Program-made: the position numbers and the translations under genes
Part shown: positions 8,845-16,385 of the stretch, piece by piece
How the letters are laid out: each line of letters starts with the position of its first letter
Numbering within the stretch: position 1 is the stretch's first letter
Source: Terriglobia bacterium
Lineage (GTDB): Bacteria; Acidobacteriota; Terriglobia; UBA7540; JAPUME01
NCBI GenBank assembly: GCA_965222885.1
Contig: OZ244973.1
Span: forward strand, 1,157,664 to 1,221,663
Length of the DNA stretch: 64,000 nucleotides
Direction of reading: 5' to 3'
The notes under the pieces: model-generated
Told to the model about the DNA's origin: nothing
What the model saw: the letters and a program-made list of their open reading frames with translations, nothing else
Database searches by the model: none

Positions 8845-9990
8845 TTAGAGTCTCAACTGGGACTTTGATGGAATCGCCTTTTTCATCACCGCCTCGGCCT
8901 GCTCCAGGTTCTTGACAGTGCCTGGGAGATCCAGCTTGTTGTCCGGTTTGAAAGCCATCCAGTCGTCCTTCCACCATGCCACAGTCATCCAATTGCCGAT
9001 CACCATCCTATTCGGCTTCATCACCTTGTCCCCACCCGCGGCCTTAACCCGCTCGTGCCAATGCCATTTCAGGTCTTGCTTCTGCTCGCTGGTCTTTCCC
9101 TCTGCGTCAACCTTGAAGCACAGCCTGGCCTCCTCTCCAGGATAGGCTTCGATTTGAAGGTACAATTCGGGATCGGGATTATCTTTCAGCCACCACCAGA
9201 AACCTAGGAACCCCCCGGAGGGGTTAGGAACGTACCCCCATTGGATATGGCGGCAGGTGCCGTTGCCCAACGTGCGTTCGAGGTAAAGATAGAAACCTTC
9301 CCAGCTCCGCCAGGATTCCTGTCCGGCATCCCGGGTCCATTCCACGTAGCTATTGGTTTGGTCCTCCAACTCCCGCAGGTGCTGCCGGAAATCCCACAGG
9401 ATCGAGTTATGGCCCTTGTAGCTGTCGAGCACTTTCAGGAAGTACTTGCGATGGAATACCTTGTAGTTTTTTATGGCCTCGATGCGGCAGTCATTCGCGA
9501 GAGACTGGTTTCCTGTCTTGAGATAAAGCGGGTAGAGATTTATCTCCAGGACCTCGCCGACGAGCTTCGTGCGACCCTCTATGACTTCGTTGTAGTACCT
9601 TTCCAACTGCCTGCCGTGATCCTTGGTGCCCGTCTTGTCCTCAACGAGAAGCACATGCTTGTCATTGATCCGCGCGAGAACGTCGATGCTTCTATCCTGC
9701 TGATGAATCTCTGTCTTGATCTCGTCCTCCAGTTGGATGGGATCTGTGTCGGCCCTCTTGTGATTGAGCAAGGCGAGGACGAACCGGCGGCCGCACCGGC
9801 TCAGTTCTTCCTGCTCCGGTCCGGCGCCTTTCCCCTGGCCTGCCCATTGGATCAACCAGCAGATCATCGCATCCTGCGAGAGTTCCTTGGTGGCGAAGTG
9901 AAACAGGTTGGGATCGCTCAACGGCGTCCAGTATTTCTTGGGTGACTTTACCTTTCCCGGCTTTACATATCCATTGTCGGGTTTGTCCAT
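8845..9990 (-). CDS. PD-(D/E)XK nuclease superfamily protein (PDDEXK_4-like)
   Basis: SIDVLARINDKHVLLVEDKTGTKDHGRQLERYY fits the D...(E/D)xK core with the trailing QL.rY typical of this family. AAGGAGGA lies 7 nt upstream of the ATG. It sits 17 nt downstream of the ankyrin gene. Confidence 0.8.
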   Translation of the reverse strand: MDKPDNGYVKPGKVKSPKKYWTPLSDPNLFHFATKELSQDAMICWLIQWAGQGKGAGPEQEELSRCGRRFVLALLNHKRADTDPIQLEDEIKTEIHQQDRSIDVLARINDKHVLLVEDKTGTKDHGRQLERYYNEVIEGRTKLVGEVLEINLYPLYLKTGNQSLANDCRIEAIKNYKVFHRKYFLKVLDSYKGHNSILWDFRQHLRELEDQTNSYVEWTRDAGQESWRSWEGFYLYLERTLGNGTCRHIQWGYVPNPSGGFLGFWWWLKDNPDPELYLQIEAYPGEEARLCFKVDAEGKTSEQKQDLKWHWHERVKAAGGDKVMKPNRMVIGNWMTVAWWKDDWMAFKPDNKLDLPGTVKNLEQAEAVMKKAIPSKSQLRL

Positions 9991-10007
9991 TGTCTCCTCC
10001 TTGAATC

Positions 10008-11066
10008 TCAGCGTCGCGCGGCGGTTTTCAGCACCTTGAAAACCTCCGGGTTGTTAACCATTCGGAGTGCAATATCGAGCGTGGTTTGGCCGCCTTTATT
10101 CCGTGCGTTGGGGTCGGCACCCGCATTGAGAAGTGCCTTGAAGATTTCCGCGTTCTCGTTCATTTGAGCCGCCACATGGAGCGGTGTGGCACCGAATTTA
10201 TTCCGTGTGTTTGGATCGATACCAGCCCCGAGAAGGGCTTTGACGATCCCCAGGTTATCACTAAACTCCACGGCCTGATGGAGCAATGTATTACCGTATC
10301 CACCGTACCGGATCATCGGATCGGCGCCTGCGCTTAAAAGCGCCTCGACCATCGCCGGGTTGTGGCGAGCGTTGTACGTCTTTACCGCATCTTGGAGCGG
10401 GGTAGGGGCGTATTCGTGCCGTGCGTTGGGGTCGGCGCCGGCATCGACAAGCGCTTCGATGAGTAACGGATTGCTGCTGTTCCTGACGGCCCAATGCAAC
10501 GGGGTAGTACCATCCATCTGGTCTTGCGCCATCGGCTGGGAGCCGGCATTAAGGCAGGAAACCACATCGTCCAGAGTGGCGAATTCCCAAAAACGCGAGT
10601 CTCTCCAATGCCTGCAATCTACCCATCTCAGTTGCCATTTCTCCCGAGGAGCCGGAGGCTTTCCCCTCTCCGATTTGATCACGTCAAGCATATTCTTCAC
10701 TTGCTTTACGCCCTCCGCACGCCGGACGATTGCACCCGCTTGGAACCGCTCCTCGTTGCTGGCAACCTGCCCGGAGACGGTTACCACTCCCTTGGAGAAG
10801 GTCACGCTGATTTCCCGGTTTTTGAGTTGTGGATTCCTGAAGAGTTGCGATTGAATTTCAGATGCGAACTGCCGGTCAGGTGCTTTTACGACCCGTTGAT
10901 CATCGGACGTGTGCTGTTGTCCGGCAGTGGCAACATTCCTATTTGATGGGTCTCTGGGAAGAAAAGAGCCGCCAATCCCCATCATAACCACGGAGACGAA
11001 AATACCTAATATGGCTCGCTTGCGATTCATATATAGGCGTTTGATCGGCTTTATCAGACAGACCAT
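10008..11066 (-). CDS. Membrane-anchored BON-domain plus ankyrin-repeat protein
   Basis: N-terminal TM segment (ILGIFVSVVMMGIGG; likely start Met13 at 11030), a BON-like segment (ISVTFSKGVVTVSGQVASNEERFQAGAIVRRAEGVKQVKNML), then about 5 ankyrin repeats (TPLHWAV...AGADPNAR). Confidence 0.85.
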   Translation of the reverse strand: MVCLIKPIKRLYMNRKRAILGIFVSVVMMGIGGSFLPRDPSNRNVATAGQQHTSDDQRVVKAPDRQFASEIQSQLFRNPQLKNREISVTFSKGVVTVSGQVASNEERFQAGAIVRRAEGVKQVKNMLDVIKSERGKPPAPREKWQLRWVDCRHWRDSRFWEFATLDDVVSCLNAGSQPMAQDQMDGTTPLHWAVRNSSNPLLIEALVDAGADPNARHEYAPTPLQDAVKTYNARHNPAMVEALLSAGADPMIRYGGYGNTLLHQAVEFSDNLGIVKALLGAGIDPNTRNKFGATPLHVAAQMNENAEIFKALLNAGADPNARNKGGQTTLDIALRMVNNPEVFKVLKTAARR

Positions 11067-11104
11067 ACTGGTGATGCAGAGAATCAGGCCTGCGAAAATA
11101 ATAA

Positions 11105-11128
11105 TTCGGAATTTCCTAGATTAAGGTA
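11105..11128. repeat. Left terminal inverted repeat TTCGGAATTTCCTAGATTAAGGTA
   Basis: Exact reverse complement of 14243-14266. Confidence 0.9.
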
Positions 11129-11199
11129 TTGACAACCGCCCTAATCCGTGAGAAAATGTTTCTGCGATTGAAACAGACCCCACGGAAAGGACGGTTGCC

Positions 11200-12072
11200 A
11201 TGGACATTATACAGATTTTCCAACGGTTCCCCACTCAAAAAGACTGCATCTCCCACCTTGAGAAAGCCCGCTGGAACGGCACCCCACGTTGCCCCTACTG
11301 CACGTCAACCCGCACGACCAGGATGCAGCTTCGCCATCATTGCTATGAGTGCCACACCTCGTTCAGCGTTACCGTGCGCACCATCTTCCACCATACTCAC
11401 CTGCCGATTCAGAAATGGTTTCTGGCCGTCATCCTGATTCTGAACGCCAAGAAAAGCGTATCGGCTCTCCAACTCTCCCGCGACCTCAAGGTGAACAAGA
11501 ACACCGCCTGGCGGATTGCCATGCAGATTCGGAAGGCCATGACGCAGGCCGAACAACGCAACCTACTCACCGGCATTGTCGAAATGGATGAGACCTATAT
11601 CGGGGGAAAGCCACGGAAAGGTAGCGGGGATCATACTTCCAAGCGGGGCCGGGGAACCGACAAGGCCACAGTGATCGGAGCCGTGGAGCGTGAGGGCCGA
11701 GTGACTGCTAGAAGCGTTATGAAGGGCAAGCTCAAAGGCCGCAACCTGCGGTCCTTCGTGCGAGAGAAAATCGACGCCAAGGACGCCATGCTGATTACCG
11801 ATGAGTACACTGGCTACCGCGGCATGGAGCGGGTACTGCCCCACGCCGTCATCAATCACAGCCGGACCTACGCCGACGGCCCCATCCATACGAACACCAT
11901 CGAGGGATTTTGGGCCCTTCTCAAGCGCGGGATGTTCGGCCAGTTCCACAGTGTGAGCCGACACCACCTGCAACGCTACATCGACGAGTTTTGCTACCGC
12001 TACAACCTGCGGCACGAGAAGCCGGAATCCGCCTTTGATATGACGATCAATCTCGGACTTGGAGTTGAATAA
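11200..12072 (+). CDS. IS1595-family (ISXO2-like) DDE transposase with an N-terminal zinc ribbon
   Basis: CPYCTS...CYECH zinc ribbon, VEMDETYIGGK, LITDEYTGY, NTIEGFWALLKRG and YIDEFCYRYN are classic IS1595 motifs. Confidence 0.9.
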   Translation: MDIIQIFQRFPTQKDCISHLEKARWNGTPRCPYCTSTRTTRMQLRHHCYECHTSFSVTVRTIFHHTHLPIQKWFLAVILILNAKKSVSALQLSRDLKVNKNTAWRIAMQIRKAMTQAEQRNLLTGIVEMDETYIGGKPRKGSGDHTSKRGRGTDKATVIGAVEREGRVTARSVMKGKLKGRNLRSFVREKIDAKDAMLITDEYTGYRGMERVLPHAVINHSRTYADGPIHTNTIEGFWALLKRGMFGQFHSVSRHHLQRYIDEFCYRYNLRHEKPESAFDMTINLGLGVE

Positions 12073-12980
12073 TGAAGGAATCCAAGGAACAGCCTTTGAA
12101 GGTGATCGCCGGAGCACCGGACCGGCCACTTGTGATCGGGAACATCGAGATACCCTGCTACGTACTGGAAGATGAAACCCGTGTACTGAGTCAGCGTGGA
12201 GTAAGCGAGGGGATCGGACTCAACCCAAAGGCCGGCTTTAGAATGCCTCATTTCATGGCCTCTAAAGCAATAAACCCTTTTGTTTCCGATGATTTAGTGC
12301 CGGCTTTGAAATCACCCATCCCATTCAAGAATCCAGTTGGAGGAGGGAATGCTTACGGCTATCCAGCTACCATTCTTCCTAAAATCTGTGCAGCCGTTAT
12401 TGAAGCCAAGAATAAAGGAAAACTGCGACCGCAACATATGAAAGCAGCCGAACGTTGCTGGATTATTATGCAAGGATTTGCGCACGTCGGCATCATCGCT
12501 CTTGTTGACGAAGCAACTGGATACCAGGATCTGCGTGACCGACAGATACTCCAGAAGATACTCGATAAGTATCTTCTGGCAGAGCGTGCAAAATGGGCGA
12601 AGCGATTTCCAGATGATTTCTATAAGGAGATATTTAGGCTTCGTGGATGGCAATGGCAGGGAATGAGAGTTAACCGACCTCAAGTAGTAGCTCATTATAC
12701 GAATGATATTGTGTGGGATCGCCTTGCCCCAGGAGTGCGCGAAGAGCTTGAGAAATTAAATCCTCAAACCCCCCAAGGAACGCGGCGGGCAAGACACCAT
12801 CAATGGCTGACACATGACATTGGTCATCCTTCCCTTCAGAAGCACCTTTACGGAGTTATTGCACTTATGAAGTCAGTAGTTCAATCCAAGGGCGGATGGG
12901 GAGAATTTAAGCGAAGGATTCAACGTGTATTTCCCAAGATTCACACAACCCTCGACCTTCCGTTCAATGAGGATGGGTAG
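12072..12980 (+). CDS. P63C-domain protein (phage-derived DNA-associated domain)
   Basis: ALVDEATGYQDLRDRQILQKILDKYL...WAKRFPDDFYKEIFRLRGW...NDIVWDRLAPGVREEL matches my recollection of the P63C domain. The ATG overlaps the tnp stop (TAATG). Confidence 0.6.
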   Translation: MKESKEQPLKVIAGAPDRPLVIGNIEIPCYVLEDETRVLSQRGVSEGIGLNPKAGFRMPHFMASKAINPFVSDDLVPALKSPIPFKNPVGGGNAYGYPATILPKICAAVIEAKNKGKLRPQHMKAAERCWIIMQGFAHVGIIALVDEATGYQDLRDRQILQKILDKYLLAERAKWAKRFPDDFYKEIFRLRGWQWQGMRVNRPQVVAHYTNDIVWDRLAPGVREELEKLNPQTPQGTRRARHHQWLTHDIGHPSLQKHLYGVIALMKSVVQSKGGWGEFKRRIQRVFPKIHTTLDLPFNEDG

Positions 12981-12982
12981 AG

Positions 12983-14206
12983 ATGCCTCAAAACTGGAAC
13001 AATCGCACCATGTGGACAGGCGACAACCTGGACATAATGCGCGGCATGAACTCCGAGAGCGTTGACCTTATTTACCTGGACCCTCCCTTCAACAGCAATC
13101 GCACGTACAGCGCGCCTATTGGCTCTCAGGCAGCCGGAGCCGCCTTCAAGGATACCTGGACCTTGAGCGACGTGGACAACGCCTGGCATGGCGAGATCGC
13201 GGACCGGCAACCAGCCTTGTACTCGATCATCGACGCTGCCGGTCACTCGCATGGCAAGGGCATGAAGTCCTACCTCATTATGATGGCCGTCCGGCTCCTG
13301 GAAATGCGAAGGATTTTGAAGGAAACGGGGAGCTTGTATTTGCACTGCGATCCGACCGCCAGCCATTACCTCAAATCACTCATGGATGCGATATTTGGGG
13401 CGGGAAACTTCAGAAATGAGATCGTGTGGTGCTATCGAGGGGGGGGGGTGCCCAAGTATGACTTTGCCCGCAAGCACGATATTTTGTTCCGATATTCAAA
13501 GACTGAAAACGTTGTTTTCAATGTGGATGCCGTTCGGGTAGCGTACTCTGAAGATTCGTCTGAACGCCTAAAGTATAAAGCCCGTTCGTTTCGGGAAAGT
13601 GGAACCTATGACAACTACAATCAGAACCCCAGGGGCAAGCATCCTGAAGATTGGTGGCCTATGCAGCCGATCATGCCATCATCCAAAGAACGAGTAGGCT
13701 ATCCCACTCAAAAGCCCCTCGCCCTATTAGATCGCATCATCAAGGCCAGCTCCAACGAAGGCAACCTAGTTCTGGACCCCTTTGCTGGATGCGCCACGGC
13801 TTGCGTGGCCGCCGAACGCCTGCATCGGCAATGGGTGGGCATCGACATATCGGAGAAGGCCGCCGAACTCGTACAGGTCCGCATCCGCAGGGAAATCGAC
13901 CTTTTCCATGACTTCAAGCCGATCCGCCGTTCGGAGGTTCCCCAGCGCACCGATCTAGGAAAGCTGCCGAACTACCGGACGCACAAGCATCAATTATTTG
14001 GAAAGCAGGAAGGACACTGCCGGGGGTGCAGGGTAGCCTTTCCGTTCCGCAACTTCACGGTGGACCACGTGGTTCCGAGAACGCGCGGTGGGACCGACCA
14101 CCTAGATAACCTCCAGCTGCTCTGTGGTGCCTGCAATAGCCTGAAGGGAGACCGAGAACAGCAATACCTGGTTGCCAAACTGCGTGAACAAGGGATACTC
14201 TCATAG
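12983..14206 (+). CDS. Beta-class N4/N6 DNA methyltransferase fused to a C-terminal HNH nuclease
   Basis: Motif IV DLIYLDPPFNS lies near the N-terminus and motif I VLDPFAGCATACVAAERL later, which is the beta-class order. The C-terminal CRGC...DHVVPRTRGGTDHLDNLQLLCGACNSLKG is a canonical zinc HNH. Confidence 0.9.
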   Translation: MPQNWNNRTMWTGDNLDIMRGMNSESVDLIYLDPPFNSNRTYSAPIGSQAAGAAFKDTWTLSDVDNAWHGEIADRQPALYSIIDAAGHSHGKGMKSYLIMMAVRLLEMRRILKETGSLYLHCDPTASHYLKSLMDAIFGAGNFRNEIVWCYRGGGVPKYDFARKHDILFRYSKTENVVFNVDAVRVAYSEDSSERLKYKARSFRESGTYDNYNQNPRGKHPEDWWPMQPIMPSSKERVGYPTQKPLALLDRIIKASSNEGNLVLDPFAGCATACVAAERLHRQWVGIDISEKAAELVQVRIRREIDLFHDFKPIRRSEVPQRTDLGKLPNYRTHKHQLFGKQEGHCRGCRVAFPFRNFTVDHVVPRTRGGTDHLDNLQLLCGACNSLKGDREQQYLVAKLREQGILS

Positions 14207-14242
14207 TCCCAGATTGTCGAGCAGTTAGTAGCCTATTGTCTG

Positions 14243-14266
14243 TACCTTAATCTAGGAAATTCCGAA
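14243..14266. repeat. Right terminal inverted repeat TACCTTAATCTAGGAAATTCCGAA
   Basis: Exact reverse complement of 11105-11128. Confidence 0.9.
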
Positions 14267-14295
14267 ATTGTATGGCCCAAGCCTAACATGGCAGT

Positions 14296-14405
14296 ATCTC
14301 CCCTCACTTCGGTGAGGGGAGCGGATTGAAACGTAGTAAGAGTAGAGACCGTGCCTTTTGATCTCCACATCTCCCCTCACTTCGGTGAGGGGAGCGGATT
14401 GAAAC
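14296..14405 (+). CRISPR. Minimal CRISPR array: two 37-nt repeats and one 36-nt spacer
   Basis: The repeat ATCTCCCCTCACTTCGGTGAGGGGAGCGGATTGAAAC occurs at 14296-14332 and 14369-14405 (identical). It has an internal 8-bp stem with a TTCG loop and a 3' ATTGAAAC tag. The spacer is GTAGTAAGAGTAGAGACCGTGCCTTTTGATCTCCAC. Confidence 0.7.
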
Positions 14406-14958
14406 CTTGAGGTAAGGGTTGGTAGGTTTATGGGCGACGGGGATCGAGGCGGGTCGAGTTTGATAAAGTCCCTAAGTCCGAATTCGCTAGGAGGGCCGAC
14501 AGGACAGTAACCGACAGGTTGCAGTTGCGCGCTCTTTGTCCGCCACTCAATGCGCAGGCCGGGCTCAATGTTCTGGCAGTGGTCAGGGAAGGTAGGTCCC
14601 TGGCTCGACGAAGCGCGTCCTCACGACGAGCGGGGCGATTGCAACTCGAAAACCATTACTGCAACCAGGTGCCTGCAGCCCGTAGAGCAGGGCCGTGGCA
14701 GCCACCACCGTCAAGAAACCGTCAGAAAACTCGCCCCTCAAGCGGGCCAACCGTAGGCGTTGCGAGCGAAAGCAGACGCCCCAAAACCGTGTAAGCGAAA
14801 CGAAAGGAAGGAGTTGGGAGAAAACCGTGGAAGACGCCAGCCTGCTACCGCAAAATATAGGGAGAAAGGAATGGCCAATAGGGCGGGCTGGACCCCAGGG
14901 GAACGAACCGATTCCGGACCGCGGCTTTCTGCTTTTTCTCCCGCAGTCCCTCTATCCT

Positions 14959-16305
14959 CTATTTTAGCATTACGTTACCTAGAATGCCGAGACTTTCCCC
15001 GTCGGCATCCCGAAGTCCCACGGTGATACGAAAGGTCTCTTGGGGAAGGGAAACGGATTTCTGGAGGCGGTAGAGGTCCCGCGGGTCAATCGCGCCGAGG
15101 TCTTCCCGGGCCAAAATTTGCCCCAGCTTGTTGTAGAAAGTAGCCTCTCGGGTACCGGCGTGAAATACGCCAAAGGAACCCCGTAGGGTGACCTTGTCGC
15201 CTTCCGGTTCTGCACTGAGCGGCTCACTGACCACGCCGGCCCAGGTGACGTTTCGAACCGGGTCGTGAGAGCGCGAGAGCCACCAGTTCACCCGGAATTT
15301 GTATTCCTCTCCCGGTTCGAGCTCGGCGTATGGGCTTATGACCTCGGACTCGAAGAAGTAGGGTGTCTGCGCGGGGTCGTCCGGCAGAACCTGATCGTAG
15401 GGGCCGCGGGAAACGGTGCCGGGGCCGTGATTCCAGAACTCGATCGAAGCGTTATCCGGGTAAGGACGGTCCGGGAAGTGCTGGAACGTCTCGACGAAGC
15501 AGTACTCGGTCTGGCCATTGACGACGGCCAGCCATCCCTGGTGGGAATCGACTCCGATTTTGCCGACGCGATAGAGATATTGGGCGCGGAGCAGGCGGCC
15601 GTCCTCCAGGGTCTGGTAGCTCGGGTGGCGTGCGTCACCGTAGATTTGGTAGTACCCACCCGGATGCATGCTTTGGGGATTGAGCGGGGCATAAGCGAAA
15701 AGCGCGGGGTTCGGTTGGGAGGGATCACTCAAGTCGGCTCCGTTGTGCTGCGTAACGTGCCATATCCCCCAGCGAACTTTCCTCCGGCTGATATTTCGCA
15801 TTACCTGAACCACCTGAATGCGCGTCGAGCCTCGCCGCAGGTGGAACGTCCGCTCGAATTGAATCCCCGTGCGCGGATCGGGAGGACTGGTCATGCGAAG
15901 GGCCACCTCCTCGGGCGAGTCCTGGATCACTTCGGCAGTGTGGGAGGACCCGTCCAGAATGTAATAAGGAACGCTGGGCCACTGCTCATCGCTGCTCCAA
16001 CCCTCGGGGGCCGGCCAAACCTTGTCACCGCCGTAGTTGGCCCAACCTGCCTCCGGATTGTTCTGTTCTTTAGGCAGGACTTTTCCAGACAGACCTTTGT
16101 TTACATAGAGATAGGCGAAATTTCCCAGCTCGATCTGGATCGCCCGTCCGCCCAGTTGAGGGGCCAAATAGAGGTTTACGATTCCATTGGTGAGTCGATA
16201 TACAGACCAGCCGTTGTAAGTGGTCTTCTCCAACCTGCATCGTTCAGGCCCAGCGGCAAAGCTCATGGTGGTCACGCCAAGGATTACAAGGAACCATCTC
16301 CACAT
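14959..16305 (-). CDS. Secreted DUF4380/aldose-epimerase-like protein
   Basis: The real start is MWRWFLVILGVTTMSFA (signal peptide) at 16305. The longer 622-aa ORF is an upstream extension that overlaps xylB. The GGDKVWPAPEGW motif is present. Confidence 0.75.
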   Translation of the reverse strand: MWRWFLVILGVTTMSFAAGPERCRLEKTTYNGWSVYRLTNGIVNLYLAPQLGGRAIQIELGNFAYLYVNKGLSGKVLPKEQNNPEAGWANYGGDKVWPAPEGWSSDEQWPSVPYYILDGSSHTAEVIQDSPEEVALRMTSPPDPRTGIQFERTFHLRRGSTRIQVVQVMRNISRRKVRWGIWHVTQHNGADLSDPSQPNPALFAYAPLNPQSMHPGGYYQIYGDARHPSYQTLEDGRLLRAQYLYRVGKIGVDSHQGWLAVVNGQTEYCFVETFQHFPDRPYPDNASIEFWNHGPGTVSRGPYDQVLPDDPAQTPYFFESEVISPYAELEPGEEYKFRVNWWLSRSHDPVRNVTWAGVVSEPLSAEPEGDKVTLRGSFGVFHAGTREATFYNKLGQILAREDLGAIDPRDLYRLQKSVSLPQETFRITVGLRDADGESLGILGNVMLK

Positions 16306-16385
16306 TTTATTTTCCCTCGATAGAAAGATTTTCGTTTGCCCGCGGTCCAGGTCGGGAATTCTTCCGAGCCTGGAGCGTGGCGGGA

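Larger units (their letters stand above)
11105..14266 (+). mobile_element. IS1595-family element carrying two passenger genes (3162 bp)
   Basis: 24-bp perfect terminal inverted repeats bracket a three-gene overlapping operon: tnp, P63C, MTase-HNH. No inner IR could fit after tnp because its stop overlaps the next ATG. Confidence 0.75.

Noticed and set aside
11097-11104. An 8-bp target-site duplication flanking the IS1595 element (expected for the family).
   Set aside because: The flanks AATAATAA (left) and ATTGTATG (right) do not match. Either the true ends differ by a few bases, the TSD has decayed, or the element arrived by recombination. This is left unresolved rather than claimed.
14296-14405. 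The mini-CRISPR as a transposon-encoded guide (CAST-like) belonging to the IS1595 element.
   Set aside because: The repeats lie outside the 24-bp right IR. The element encodes a plain DDE transposase with no Cas effector or TniQ-like gene. A cas3 stub elsewhere in the island fits a decayed resident array better.
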